The position numbers were made by a program, and so were the translations under genes. DNA of 63,896 bases, counting the filler, from Ionaspis alba (lineage: Eukaryota), in the NCBI GenBank assembly GCA_964255285.1. It is 3 parts of 3 records of this genome, joined end to end, with 100 filler letters (N's around TTAATTAATTAA, not from the genome) between each part and the next. Parts side by side here need not be neighbours in the genome. Positions count along the whole stretch, not along the records: positions 1 to 23,032 come from CAXUUL010000192.1; positions 23,133 to 46,127 come from CAXUUL010000193.1; 1 more part is not named here. The stretch is one strand, 5' to 3'. Within the stretch, counting starts at the first letter, position 1. Every line of letters begins with the position of its first letter. The notes under the pieces were generated by a model. The model had not been told where the DNA came from, did not search any database, and saw only the letters and a program-made list of their open reading frames with translations. Positions 14,282-27,300 of this stretch are shown piece by piece.

Positions 14282-14491
14282 ACTATTGCAAAAACCATGC
14301 TCTGCAATTTCGTGCTACCTGCCATAATTAGAACGCNNNNNNNNNNNNNNNNNNNNNNNNNNNNNNNNNNNNNNNNNNNNNNNNNNNNNNNNNNNNNNNN
14401 NNNNNNNNNNNNNNNNNNNNNNNNNNNNNNNNNNNNACTATTGCAAAAACCATGCTCTGCAATTTCGTGCTACCTGCCATAATTAGAACGC
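14282..14491. other. Assembly gap with duplicated 55-nt overlap (artefact)
   Basis: 14282-14336 is repeated identically at 14437-14491 across a 100-N run. Confidence 0.9.
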
Positions 14492-15180
14492 TCTGGTATC
14501 TGTCGAGCCGACTTTGTTCTTGCCGACCAATAATGCGCCAAGGCCGATCCTGGTTTTCCTGCCCAGGTTTCCTGATAGGGACGATAGCCAGTTCTGTGAA
14601 CTCCTAGACCAAGGTGCATCTATGATTCTTCCTACAAGTCCCGATGTCAAAGATTCGAGGTCCAGTCCTAGCATTATTGAGACACTAACAATTTCAAGAA
14701 CCATAAAGCACTAAGATTTAGTTTATATCTTTATCCAATTTAATAATGACGGCCACCATCGTTCGATCAACATCGCCTCGCGGAACCTTGCACATTTGCA
14801 AGAGGACATTCTTTTGAAAACAACTTGCCGCATTCTACTTACCTCTCTCTGATTCGATTACCACGTTGTGCGGACTTCATTCTTTTATTACGCACTATTG
14901 CCATCCGCCTGGCCTCTGTATCGAAGTCGAACGAAGCCTTTCGACGCGTGACAAATCGGAATCACTACCAGCAGCTCGCCACATCGAGGTGGAACGTGAC
15001 CATAGCACACCCGCTTCGACTCCGCTCACTCGACAGCTCGTCCTGTCTCTGCGAGCATCTTCGAATTCTTCCAAAGATTGCAATCTGGACAACCACCAAT
15101 TTCTCGACATCCACCGGAGAACTAATCAGCTGCTTGGTCAACACCCTCGGAAGCGGCCGCGGCTGGCCGCCAAAGCCGTA

Positions 15181-17305
15181 ATGGCTTCATCCAGTCGCCC
15201 TTCAAATACTCCGCCAACAGGTCCGTCCTCTACCGACACTCCTACCTCCTCTTCAAATTCCAATAGTCCTGCCGTCGAAGATTCTACCGATTCGAATGAT
15301 GGCACAGAGCCAATGCTCAGAAGAGGCCATAGCGACGGGGAAGTTCTCACAATTGGGATGGGTCCCTATAGCAGTATGATGCTTGGATCATCTGGCGGAC
15401 AAGGAGAGACATTGCAGGATTTCCTGAGGCAGATTCCGGGCTCGCAGGAGGATCAGTTGGAACGTACCAGAGCTGCTGTGCGAAGGGCGGCAATGGTGGC
15501 TGCGGATAGGAAGAGGAGGTTGCAGGAGACGAGAGAGGATATCAACAGGAGGAGGTCTTATACTGCTGGCTACAGTATCCCTCCTCCTGGGGTTGGTGAT
15601 CGGAGATCTACTGGACTTCGTCCTAGCATCGGTGCCAGCGCTGCATTGCCGCCTGTCTCTCTCGATGTTCAGAATACGCGCGTTGGCGCCGAGAGGCCGC
15701 TTCCACGTATACCGAGCTTTGGAAGTCCGCATGGGAGCCATCAGAGGGATTTCGCTCCACCAAGATGGCAGCCAGACTCCGAGGTCTCGGAGTGTCCAAT
15801 TTGTGGTCGAGCTTTCGCCTTCTGGTACAGAAAGCACCACTGCAGAAAATGTGGGAGGGTTGTCTGTGCAAGTTGCTCTCCTCACAGGATTACGATACCT
15901 CGACAATTCATCGTTCACCCTCCTTCAGATCCAGATTCTGGAATGGTCGTTTCTCCAACGAACGTGGAAGTCATTGATCTTACTGGAGACGATAGCCAGG
16001 GTGGCTCTACCACTCAACCGCCTACACAAGGGAGGCCGCAGAGTCGGGACTATCGTCTAGATCCAGCTCTAGGTGGCGGACAGGAAGTCAGACTCTGCAA
16101 TCCATGTGTACCTGATCCCAATCCCTTACCACCTCCAACGTATCCACCTACTGCTCCTCGCTCTTTTACGTCTTTCCCCCAACCGGAGAGTATTCCTTCG
16201 GTCTCGCAAGCTCCTCGTCGACCGTCTCGAGCAGGCGTGCCGGATCTTTCTGGCAACCCGCCTACACCGCAACAGTTGTTGCCGAGAGACAATCACCCTG
16301 ATTCTGTCGATATAGCTTCGAGGAGACACACTCTCCAGTCGAACTATCGACCTCCGCCCGGCCTTCCCGCACCTCGGATAAACGACACCAGACCTACTTA
16401 CCAGCCTCCAGATAATAGAGTACCATTCCACTACCCCGGAAGCACCGCAGAACACCGAGCCGTACATCACGCAGCGCGATTCAACCCGCAATTTCCACCG
16501 CCATCTTTCCCACAGACACCCTACGGTTCTGCACCCGGTCCTTCCTTCCACAACATAGACCGGCATCAGCTTTACGGCCTTCCGCCCCAGCCTAATCTAT
16601 CCCAACCTCCTCGCGACTCAGTCTCGGCTCCGCGCCCTCACCCGCACCGCTCCCACCACCGCTATCACGCGTCCACAAGCGACGTCCCCTCTGGTTCCCG
16701 CTACCGCTCCATGCTCGATATCTCCACACCTATCCCTCCACCCCCGCAACTCCGCGAAGAAGACGAATGTCCCATCTGCCATCTCGCTCTCCCGCCCAAG
16801 GGTCCTAATGGCGAAGAAACTGCTCGCGAAGCCCATGTCGCTTCTTGTATCGAAACGCATTTCTCGTCGTCCGCTCCGAGATCTTCACACCCGCCTCCTG
16901 GCGCTGCTATAGCAGGCGCGGTAGCTGCGAATGCCATGATACCGGCTCAGGCTGGTAGCTCGGCGGGACCGGCAACAATAAGACCGGAGCCGACACAGGT
17001 TGTCTCGGAATCGTCGGTGGCGAGGAGGAGGACGACTGGAATGGTGGTTTATCACGCCAGTGAGAAGGATTGTATTGGTGGGGATGGGGCGGTGCAGGAG
17101 TGTGTGATTTGCTTTGAGGAGTTTGCCGTTGGGGATGAGATGGGGAGGTTGGAGTGTTTGTGTAAGTTTCATAAGGTGAGTCTTCTTCGTGAACGATTTG
17201 AGTTGAGGTTGTTGGAGGAAGGCTGATGTGGTGTAGGTCTGTATCAGGCAGTGGTGGGATACTAAAGGTCCGGGGTCGTGTCCTTCGCATCAGGGTGGGT
17301 TATGA
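15181..17305 (+). CDS. FYVE + RING-H2 E3 ubiquitin ligase, Pib1-like
   Basis: FYVE: WQPD...CPIC...RKHHCRKCGRVVCASC...VRLCNPC. Extra CPIC...HVASC zinc motif. RING-H2: CVICFEEF...LECLCKFHKVCIRQWW...CPSH, completed via intron 17176-17236. Stop TGA 17303-17305. Confidence 0.9.
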
Positions 17306-17972
17306 TCATGATTTGGGTTTTGAGCATTTACATGGTATGGTGTTTGCAGGAGTATTGGGAGTGCTTGTATTCGTTGGAGCTGAGATGATGGTCACGACGC
17401 AATGATTATCACATATGATTGGTATAGAAATTCTACTAGAACGAACGCCGCTTCTTTTGTTGCCAGAGATATCAAACAACTGCTCATACTAGCTCTGGTG
17501 AATATAATCGACATTTAGACGGTACTTTGTCACATTGCTATGGGTACATGTTTTCACCTTTACCATAATGATTCAACGGGGAAAGTCAGTGATTGGACGA
17601 GAACTCCTTTCGCGGGTTCTTGGCAGGGCTTTCGATCTGTCGGCTGGAGAACCGCTATCGGGTGGGGGAGCTCTTATCAAGGAAAACGTTTTACCACCAG
17701 CTCCGTCCTCATAACCACCTTTGCTCCCACTACAAACATGCCCGACCTTCTCCAAGTCCTTCCTTATAGTCTATCACACCTTCACACCTCCACCCCACAG
17801 CATCAGTCACATCGCGCTGCATCAATGGCATCATAACCCCTCCCATTGGCCAGCGCCCTACATATCCAAACAGCGGGGTCGGAATACACTCCGCATTTTT
17901 TTGCCCATCACGCCACCACACCCTTCCTCTTTGGTTTGAAGGGTCTGGGGGACTTGCCCCCGTTTTCTCACG

Positions 17973-19960
17973 ATGTCGCTCCAACGTGTTGCCTCGATGG
18001 AGTCTTGGGAGCATGCTCGTGGTGCCTCGCCTGCCAGCGCCGAGCACAGGAAGATGAGCTTCAATCCCGTGGGGACTTGGGTTCCGCCGGTGGCGAAGGA
18101 GGCGCCTGTGGTTGCTGTGGAGATTTCGAGGGGAAAGAGGTTGCGTTCGTTATCCTTTTTTTGCCTCTCCTCGTGCGGTCTTGAGTGTTTGCCATGATTG
18201 ATGGGATGCTGGCTGAACGCGTGAACAGTGCAGGTCGCCATTGCTTGTATATATTGTTTGTTGGCTGCAGGGGNNNNNNNNNNNNNNNNNNNNNNNNNNN
18301 NNNNNNNNNNNNNNNNNNNNNNNNNNNNNNNNNNNNNNNNNNNNNNNNNNNNNNNNNNNNNNNNNNNNNNNNNGCGTGAACAGTGCAGGTCGCCATTGCT
18401 TGTATATATTGTTTGTTGGCTGCAGGGGTTGTGTTTGGATATGCGGCCTTCAAACCGGTGCTGGTGAAAGAGGGTGTGTATAGAGATTATTGTGATGAGG
18501 AGGAACGAGATCTGCCAGGAACGTGCTATGAGCAAGAAATACGGTGTGTACCAAAGTTAATGCATACATGGTCATGGCTAACAGGGACATGCAGGCTCAA
18601 CCTCATGTTCACCACCGCGGCAGTTGCGACGAATGTTTGTGCTCTTCCCGTCGGTACGATCTTGGATAAATACGGCCCTCGAGTCTGTGGAATAATAGGA
18701 AGCGTCTTACTGGCCATTGGATCGGTATTCTTCATCTTTGCTTCAGATGTTCCGTTCGATGCCTACATTCCTGGATACTTCTTTCTGGCACTCGGTGGCC
18801 CTTTCATCTTCATATCATCATTTCAGCTATCTAATGCATTTCCAAGGAATTCTGGACTCATACTTGCTTTGCTTACCGGCGCTTTCGATTCCTCAAGTGC
18901 CATATTCCTGTTCTATCGTTTGATCTACGCCGCTACGGCCGGTGCATTTACTCCTCAAAAGTTATTTCTTGTCTATCTTATAGTACCTATTTTCATCTTG
19001 GTTGCCCAAGTATTCATCATGCCTGGCGAGTCCTACAAGACAATTGGCGAGCTCGTTAAAGCTGCTGAGGACCCTTCTAACGATACCGATCCTCGAGACT
19101 CTGAAATCAACGATCCTACCGTGCTGGAACGAGTAAGGGAAGAACGGCGAATTCGCCGTGAGAGTATCCTCTCCGAGCTCACGCCTCTCATCGGCAAGAA
19201 GAGCGAGTCCACACAACAAGCGCAAGAACAGCGGAAGCAAGCCATTAGTGGTGTCTGGGGTGCCTTACATGGACAGTCGGCACTCCAGCAGATCAAGACA
19301 CCATGGTTCATCCTGGTTCTACTCTTCGTTGTCGTTCAAATGACGCGAATCAACTACTTCGTGGCCACTATCCGCCCTCAATACGAATACCTTCTCCGCG
19401 ATGCCGGCCTCGCAGAGCATGTCAACAATTTCTTTGATGTTGCTCTGCCTGTGGGCGGTGTCCTATCCATTCCATTCATCGGGCTCGTCCTTGATAACAC
19501 CAGCACGACTTTCGTTCTCGGACTCCTCGTGACTGTCGCAACTGCTATCGGGGTCTTAGGAATCTTGCCCTACATGTGGGCCGCGTATGCCAACATCGTG
19601 CTATTTGTCATATATCGACCTTTATATTACACCGCCGTGTCCGACTATGCTGCCAAGGTCTTCGGTTTCCACACCTTTGGAAAGGTGTACGGATTAATCA
19701 TCTGTCTGGCTGGACTCTTCAATTTCAGCCAGTCGGCGCTGGATGCGCTTACGCACAAGGGATTTGACGGTAACCCTGTGCCGGTTGACGTTCTGCTACT
19801 GGTGCTCGTGGCAGTGATTGGTGTTTTCTTGATCGGATATGTTTGGAGACAGAGTATTGTTATGAGGACAGAGAATGAAGAGAGCGAGGAGGAGCGGCCA
19901 AGCTTCAATGGCTTCAATTTTGGAAGTCGGGGAGAGAACGGTACTAACGGTACTGCGTGA
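17973..19960 (+). CDS. FMP42: MFS transporter, FMP42 / SLC43 (LAT3)-like
   Basis: Motifs LQVAIACIYCLLAAGVVFGYAAFKPVL, LPVGTILDKYGPR, LTGAFDSSS, QMTRINYFVATI, YRPLYYTAVSDY. Introns 18145-18228 and 18544-18594. The N-gap within the gene is a duplicated-overlap artefact. Confidence 0.85.
18219..18428. other. Assembly gap with duplicated 55-nt overlap (artefact)
   Basis: 18219-18273 is identical to 18374-18428; collapsing them restores the FMP42-like frame. Confidence 0.92.
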
Positions 19961-21171
19961 TCCTGGTTGGATATATCTTGTAACATTACAGTCTTGCAGT
20001 AGCTCTTATATATACTTATTCACGTCATCGTCAACATCATCATCTTCGAGACATTGAATATGATCATGCGTCTTCTTGCTTGAGAAAGGGGAGCATTGAT
20101 GCTAGGAAACTACAGTTCGCCTTCTGTATATTGTCTCATCTTCACATACTGTCTCTTTCAAAAGGAGTGACTGTGGATGGATATATATGAAGGACTCCTC
20201 ATAAGATAACAACTATAAGGAGACTCGGTCTATGACCTATAACACAATCCACTGTCAATGATGGTTGTCACGCTTTATTGATTTGGGTGGTGCGGGAAGC
20301 CTACGACACCATGAAATAGGGGGACATAATTCTTATTTTTCGAATTCATATTCCTAGCGTATTCACTGTATCCCAGTGACAGAATTGAGTCCTCACAGCA
20401 GGAACATGGCTTCTCGAAAACTCAGTATTTCCTCTCCAATACGGTAGGTCTTATTTCCAAGCTCAAATCTAGCAAGACCCGGACCAGCAGGTCCATTGCT
20501 CTCATCAAACCGGACAAGCTCATCACCCTTTCTGCCACTGTGATGATCAACAAGCCATCGGACCTCTATGGCCTGCTCGAGCTCTACTGGAAGGAACCTC
20601 TCCGCAAAATACTATGGAGCCACCCAAAGACACCAAAAGCTCTTCCGGTGGAGATAAGGAGCACCCTGTGCCCAGCAAGCCAGGGAAGGCCTGGAAAACC
20701 CAAGAGCAATTGAAGACATCGAGGCAAAAAGCCTTCATAAATCCAAATCTGACACCATCATGGAGGCCACTGGTTCCGAAATACTGACACTGGCACGGAC
20801 AATCTTGGTGAAGCTAGCATGCCGACGACGTCGTTGTGGAGAAGTCGAAGAAATTGAAAATGAAAGACTACGACCACTATCCGTTCTATACTCAGGCATA
20901 AGAGTCCCCCCACCAATGCGGGTCTGGACGATTTTACTCCGAGGTAAGTATGTCAAGGGATTAGTATGAAGCTTAGTCACTAGACAATCCTTAGCTTCGC
21001 CAAACCCTAATCTGTTTTGTCAAGCCGTCAGCTGGATTAATAAACTTGGGTAGTACGACATGTTTAGCAAGCTCTATCAATAGTGAATCTAGGATAGTGA
21101 GATTGATATATACATAATCTACCATACCTCTGGTTCTTGCGAGTCCCTTGTCAAAGTCAGAGTTTCTCACC

Positions 21172-22437
21172 ATGGTCAACCTCTTTCATCGTATCGTTAT
21201 TTACATTGAACCTCTTTATTTCATGATGCTCATTGGCTACAGTCAGTTTTCTACTGTTACTAATGACTGCTGAATTGCTGACGGCTATCAAGCCGGTCTT
21301 CTCGTTTTCCTCGATATCGTCCGCGGTCGTGTCAAGCGGCCGACGACCTCTGCAGCCGTCCGGGACCTGATTTGGGGCAGATGGTGGCTGACTTACGGTG
21401 TGTTATGAGCTGCTCCTCTATTTACTTGATGTTGCGGTCTGCCTATTCCGATCATTTATTTATGGATTCATGTCATCAGATTTCATGTCAAGTATCGCCC
21501 TCACCTCAGTCTGCATCCCGAGTACAGTGCTTTCTCGGTGAACTTGTCTTGCCTGCACAAAGAAGCCGACTTCATACTGTATTGCTATTTGTCATTCAAC
21601 CATACCTAAAGACCTGCACGCTGCTCACCTAATCACTAACACGAACAAGCACCAAAGTTTTTTACACCCAACGAAGAGGCCACAGCTGTACCGTCCCTTG
21701 TCGCCTCGGCCTCAGGTGTTGTCCTTGAGCTTGGGCCTGCCTCTGGATCGCAGATCCCGCGCTACAATGCTACCAAACTGGAGAGGGTCTACGGTGTAGA
21801 ACCTTGTTACTCTTTGCAGGCTGCACTGGCAGATACAGCCAAAAAGCACGATTTGGGCGGGATCTACGAAGTCGTGCCTTGCGGGATCGAAGACACGGAA
21901 GAGTTGGCACGTCGAGGAATCACGGAGGGGACGATCGATACGGTGTTGAGTATCCAAGTGCTTTGTTCAGTCAAAGATGGGCGGTCGACAGCGAAGAAGC
22001 TCTATGAGTTGCTGAAACCGGGGGGAAGCTTAGTGGTCTATGAGCATATCAGCAGCGACGAGAAGACAGCGAGATTGCTGCAGTGTGAGTGAATCTCTCT
22101 GTATGAAAATAACAATCGACCTGAAGCGAAAAGCGAATACAGAGGAAGCAGAGCTGGAACGTGCGGAGAAGTTCGAGACCAGAGGCTGATTAATGATGTA
22201 GGGTTATGGAATTTCGTCTGGCCATACGCGATCGGTGGGTGTCATATGGGCCGACCAACAGACCAATACTTGAAAGAAGCTGGAACGTGGGCGAAGATAG
22301 AGCTGGAGACGGATCTGGGTGAGGTTCCAGGTGGACTCTTTCCCAGGGTTTGGGGGCGTTTGATCAAGCCCATGGTAAGTCACAGCTCAGGGGACCGGAA
22401 TCATGTCGAAGAGTGCTAACGAGTTCTGAAGAGCTGA
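21172..22437 (+). CDS. Class I SAM-dependent methyltransferase (METTL7/Methyltransf_11-like) with hydrophobic N-terminus
   Basis: Spliced model: MVNLFHRIVIYIEPLYF...SGVVLELGPASG (motif I), VYGVEP, IDTVLSIQVLCSV, LLKPGGSLVVYEH, WPYAIGGCHMGRP. Introns ~21242-21292, 21398-21649, ~22085-22201, ~22374-22431. Confidence 0.8.
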
Positions 22438-22743
22438 TAAAGATCTAGCTGCAAGGTGCAACTTGTCCCTGTGAAAGAGATTTTTGAGCATAAAGATGAG
22501 TACGTAGAGGATAGTTGCTCAGGAAATGTGTGCTATAGAATAGATTGAGAAAGAAGGGGCGGTCACCAGAGTTGGACATTGGCGAAGCTTGCAGTAAACT
22601 CAATGAAAGTACTTCAACAATGCTATCCCACGAGAGAGATACCACAAATGATATTACAGAATGGTTGAAGCACGTGTCAAGGGGACTTCTTGATGTCGCA
22701 ATGACTGACAGGAATATGAGGCATAATTCCGACAGTTTATTTC

Positions 22744-22862
22744 ACATACGACCATAGACTCCAGAAAATTGGGCATCCCGTCCGCTCTGCCATACACAAG
22801 CTTGAGATCGGCTGATTAGTAGTTGGGTGGGTGACCACCAGCGAATACCAGCTGTTGTATGT
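22744..22862 (+). rRNA. 5S ribosomal RNA (dispersed copy)
   Basis: ACATACGACCATA...CATCCCGTCCGCTC...TTAGTAGTTGGGTGGGTGACCACCAGCGAATAC...GTTGTATGT, 119 nt. The termini pair as helix I. Confidence 0.96.
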
Positions 22863-22866
22863 TTTT
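22862..22866 (+). terminator. RNA polymerase III oligo-T terminator of the 5S gene
   Basis: TTTTT at the 5S 3' end, with a second T5 tract about 8 nt downstream. Confidence 0.8.
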
Positions 22867-23032
22867 GTCGTTTTTCTGCCTTGGAAGCTGGTTTATTTAG
22901 GCATAGTGTGCATCAATAAGAAGTCTCGAGCGTATAAGGTGTAGAAAATGATGTATAATGATCCAGATTTTGTGAACAAGACGACGTTCTTGAGATCTGC
23001 ATCTAGGAGACTCTTGCTTTCTGAAACCAAAG

Positions 23033-23132
23033 NNNNNNNNNNNNNNNNNNNNNNNNNNNNNNNNNNNNNNNNNNNNTTAATTAATTAANNNNNNNNNNNN
23101 NNNNNNNNNNNNNNNNNNNNNNNNNNNNNNNN
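23033..23132. other. Artificial scaffold-joining linker (44N-TTAATTAATTAA-44N)
   Basis: A 12-mer giving stops in all six frames (23077-23088) is centred in N padding totalling exactly 100 nt. Confidence 0.95.
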
Positions 23133-24306
23133 ATATTAAGCCTACATGGAGCAATTCCTGGAATTCTGGATCCAAGAATACGAAATCATTGAGCCATCTT
23201 TCCTTCCCACTTCTGCGCTCATGTTATCAAGGTTGGGAGAATGTCACACCGCTTTTCCATCGTGACGATCAGCACGACATCGTCTCCTTCTGATACAATA
23301 ATATCCATCCATTTTCTCCTTATTCCTGCCGACATCCCAGACAACTCTTTTTCGGGACGAACATGGATCGCAACAAGATTAGACTGACATCCGCCCACTC
23401 CAGATCGAGGTAGCTATTCTGAGACCTCTTCTCCCAGGGACGAGAGGATTCAGCGAACCACAGTCGTGGATCCCACCCCATGGCATCTGCGGCTCTGGTC
23501 TGACAGCTCCACTTGCTCTTCCCAATTTGGATGATTAACACACTTGGCACGATCGCAGGGAGAGATCTTCAGCCTCATCGGTATTCAAGCATTAATTTAT
23601 TGCAGAGTCCTTCCATCCATTTCTCTCTTATCTTATTGCTTGCCTACTTAATTTGCACTTGTGGAAATTAGAATGGTCTGGAGACATGTCAAAAGTTTAT
23701 CGCATCCTGCTCAAAAAGTGGTTTACAATTTACTTGTCTCAATATGGCCCTATGCTTTTATGACACGCACGCCACACATGTCCCCCTTTCGTAAAGCTTA
23801 TCTCAATCCCATCCAAGACCAGGAGGCGGAAGAATTATGGAGCTAAATCTGTTCCGGAGCATTAGCTTCCGATCCATCTCGCATTCTCTTATAGCAGTAG
23901 CGAAGTCTCAAAGCAATGAATTCTGCATCCCATACAATCGACAATGTAACCTCCTATTTGTATCATGGCATCAAAGAACGCTTTGCGTACAGCAAATCTT
24001 GCTGGCTTTGCCCTCCAGCACCGGACATAGCGGACGCCTGACATAAACCCAACATTCACGTCGAGGAGTTAATATAAACAAATGTTTCCTGATTACAAGA
24101 GTGCAACTGCATGAACTAGCAGACAAGCCCCTCGAACGAGCGAATCCCCTGTACAGAAGGGTGGTATCAACAAGCAAAAGAGGCCCAAAACAGCCAAGCG
24201 CGCTCGCCAACACAACCTCCGCCAAATGCCTTCCTTTCCTTTACCTGATCCACACTTGCCTAATCCCCTTCTCCATTCCCCATCGCCCCTCTCCACCCAA
24301 ACCCCC

Positions 24307-27300
24307 CTAACTAGGCGTCCCCTGCCTACTGCCTTCTCTCCTACTCAAAAAGCTCCTCCGAGCACCCTGTCTCGGGCTCTGCCCCACCAAACTCCCCCCA
24401 TCAGCCGGAACAAAGCTCGTCCTCAGCACCACCGTCCCCTCGGACACCTTAACCTCCTTCTCACTCCCCTGCACCGAATCATCGATAAAGAAAACCGCCT
24501 CCCCCAACTCATCACTCCCGATAAACTTATCATCCTTGACCTGAATCTGGAACTGCGTATCCGGCGGACAATTCACCTTGAAGCTCTCCCCCTCCCAGTG
24601 CACGGTCCCCGCAGAAGCTTTGACGCCTTTGGTTTTGTGTACTTCTTTCGCGCCACGACTCCCCATCTGCTTGACATGCACTTGCAGTTTCGCGCTGGGG
24701 GGGAAATTCGTCGCGGAGAGGATGGTGAAAGACGCCGTACCGGCATCCGGTTTCCCCGGTGTGCCGCCCGCAGCACTGGCTACGGATTTCGAGCCAAAGC
24801 TAGCAGCACGATTGTGCGGCGAGGGCGTGAAAGGCGCAGCAGCGTTCATACCGGCCGAAACCTCGCGACCGGGGGTTTCGATTGAGGGAACAGGCGGAGC
24901 TTCCCCATTCGTCATCGCCTCCCCACTGAGCGGCGACTCGGCATAGCCGTTGCTGACGTCGCGGCCGTCTTTGCTGCCCTTGAAGCCGTGGCGGAGGAAC
25001 GAAGCACCCTTCACGACACCGCCGCCAACGGCGCCGCCTACTTTGCCCACGCCTTTGACGGGCGCGCCGATGACTTTGCCGGCGGGGCCGATGGTTCCGG
25101 AGAAGGTCGAGGAGCCTTGCCGGGAGCGGGTCACGTAAGCGGATTTGAAAAGCAGGCGGAGACGGACGACGCCTGCTTTAGCGCCGGATTTGCCTTGCAG
25201 TGGGAGGAGGACCTCCTTGGCGGTCATGGGCTCCAGATCTTCAAGGTGAATCCTGACGTCCCCGAGGAAATCCGCTTTGTCCCCGAAGTCCCAATCCATG
25301 ACGCGGACTTTGAAGTTGGCGGCTGTGCGCGACTTGACGGGGATTTCGAAGGATTCGCCCCAGACGGGGTTGAGGGTTTTCTTCAACGTTTTGGTCTTGT
25401 AGACGCCTTCGCCGTTCATTTCGAATTTGCAATACGGGTCGCTGTAGCCGTTGCGGTCGGCGGCGGGGAGGTCGGTTGCGTCGATGACTTCGACGCGGAG
25501 GGTGCCCATGTTGTTCATGCTTTCACTGCGGTCGAGTGTCATTTTTATGGGGAGGTATTTTAGGCTGACTGTGACTTTGTTTGCGGAGCCGTCGGAGCCT
25601 CGCAGGACTAGTTCTGTGGGAGTGTACTGCCATTCGTTAGATTTCAGTAGATGAGTAGTCACGCAGTAATTCTTACCAGGCAGCGTTGTAGGGTTGGAAG
25701 CGTATCGCCGACCAATTTGGCGACTATATGCTCAGAATCGTCTTCACCCTTTCTATCCTCCTTCTCCATCAAACGGAGGGTCATTCTTGACAGGTCGAGT
25801 TCTCGCACCATGGCGTCGCCAGCTACAACAATATTTAGCAGCCAGGCATTGATCCGGGAATACGGAGGGAAGACTTACTTTCTCCGAACTGCGTATGCTT
25901 TGATCGAGCCTTAGACGTAGAGAAGGACGGGAACGCCATATCGTCCATGAGAACTTCCATATGTACATTAGTATGAGCGAAGTCTCCCTCAATGACCTTG
26001 ATGACAATGAGACCGGTTTCTTGAGATATGTCAGCGCACGAGCTCAGCAAAAAATCAGAACCAAAGTAAATGCTCACCGTATCTGACAAGATCTGCTGCT
26101 GTCAGTTTGAGCTTTGGAACAACTTTGGTCGCTCCATCAGTCTGCTCTTTCTCGGCCTGGTTGAGCTGTTTGGCTAGATCCTTGGAGACGTCTCCGGCCT
26201 TGTCGTCCTTGGCATTTGCCGCAACAACGGGATCTTTCTCCATGCTCTTGTGGGCATCGCCGCCAACGCTAGCTTTCGAAGTCGAGCGGGAATGTGTGCC
26301 GTTTACCCCAGCTTTTGCTGTAGCCGACTCTTCCTCTTCCTCTTCGTCCGGATCTGCAACGCTGATTGTAGGATAGAAGGCAGCTGTGAAATTGAGTTTA
26401 CCTTTAGCGTTACCGATACCATTCATTCGGAGACCGACAGATTGAGGCCGTAGCTCATTATGAACCATATATTCTCCAGACTCCCCTTCACGAATGTAGT
26501 CTGCTGCAGATAGTTCTACAAGACCAAGTGACCTATCTTTCCCAATATTCTGGTAGTCCATGACTTCGAGGGTGAGCCTTTCGCGTGATGTGTGCATAGG
26601 GACATAGACCACTTCATCAAAATCTGGGTTGAGGTTGTTCTGGAATGTAACCGTTCTTGCCTTTTCAATTCCGGAGAGTAGCACTCTGACATAGGGATCA
26701 GACTTGCCCATAGTCTCGACGTTTCGAAGCTCTCGAGCGCTCTGGAAGTGCAAGCGCATCACACCAATTGGAGTGATATAGCCCCCTGAGCCTCCAGTGA
26801 TACCTTTGAGAGCTACCGGCTTCCATTGCACCATCATCTTCGCTCGTCCTTTCTGTACGCCAGACAGGTTGTACCATTCCTTGCCTTGCTCCATCTGCTG
26901 CAACATATCATTGAGCTTGATTTGATACGTTCCCAATATTGGATCTGCTGCAATGTCTCGGTCATCCCTGATGACAAGACCGAGTCTGGCTGTCTTGCGA
27001 TCAGTGATAAGAAATTCCTTTGAAGCGTCGGGCCAAATTGGCTGGTTTGTTCTTTTCAGCTTTTTACTCGTGTGAATCTCTTTGCCGTTCAGTAAAAGGA
27101 CTGCATATGGATTGAGCTGCCCAACCAAGCTCTTACTGCCATCCAGATCTTTGGCCTGCTCAACGGTAAACCGAGCAATTCCAGTATTGGACTCTGGTGG
27201 AGGTTGGTTTTTGCCATCTTCAGACTTTACACTTTCAAGCACAGGGAAGAAGCGAACGTCAGCCTGAACAATACCACGTGCCTTGCCGTTAGCCATGACT

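Noticed and set aside
14282..14491. Direct repeats flanking N-runs (also 18219-18428 and 53976-54157) as biological repeats or target-site duplications
   Set aside because: They are exact overlaps on both sides of fixed 100-N gaps, and collapsing one restores a conserved reading frame; assembly artefacts.
14007..14714. Short hydrophobic ORFs between the TRP-like and FYVE genes
   Set aside because: They cannot be spliced into a consistent frame even after collapsing the gap duplication.
23077..23088. TTAATTAATTAA as a palindromic regulatory site or piggyBac target
   Set aside because: It is embedded symmetrically in 44+44 Ns and repeated identically at 46172; a synthetic linker.
23133..23600. 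Fragmentary minus-strand peptide (MDIIVSEGDDVVLIV) resembling a BTB-domain start
   Set aside because: Very short, surrounded by stops and at a scaffold edge; unsupported.
24226..25563. Long antisense ORFs over tricalbin (and similar ones over other genes)
   Set aside because: Shadow ORFs caused by GC-rich codon usage of the real gene on the opposite strand.
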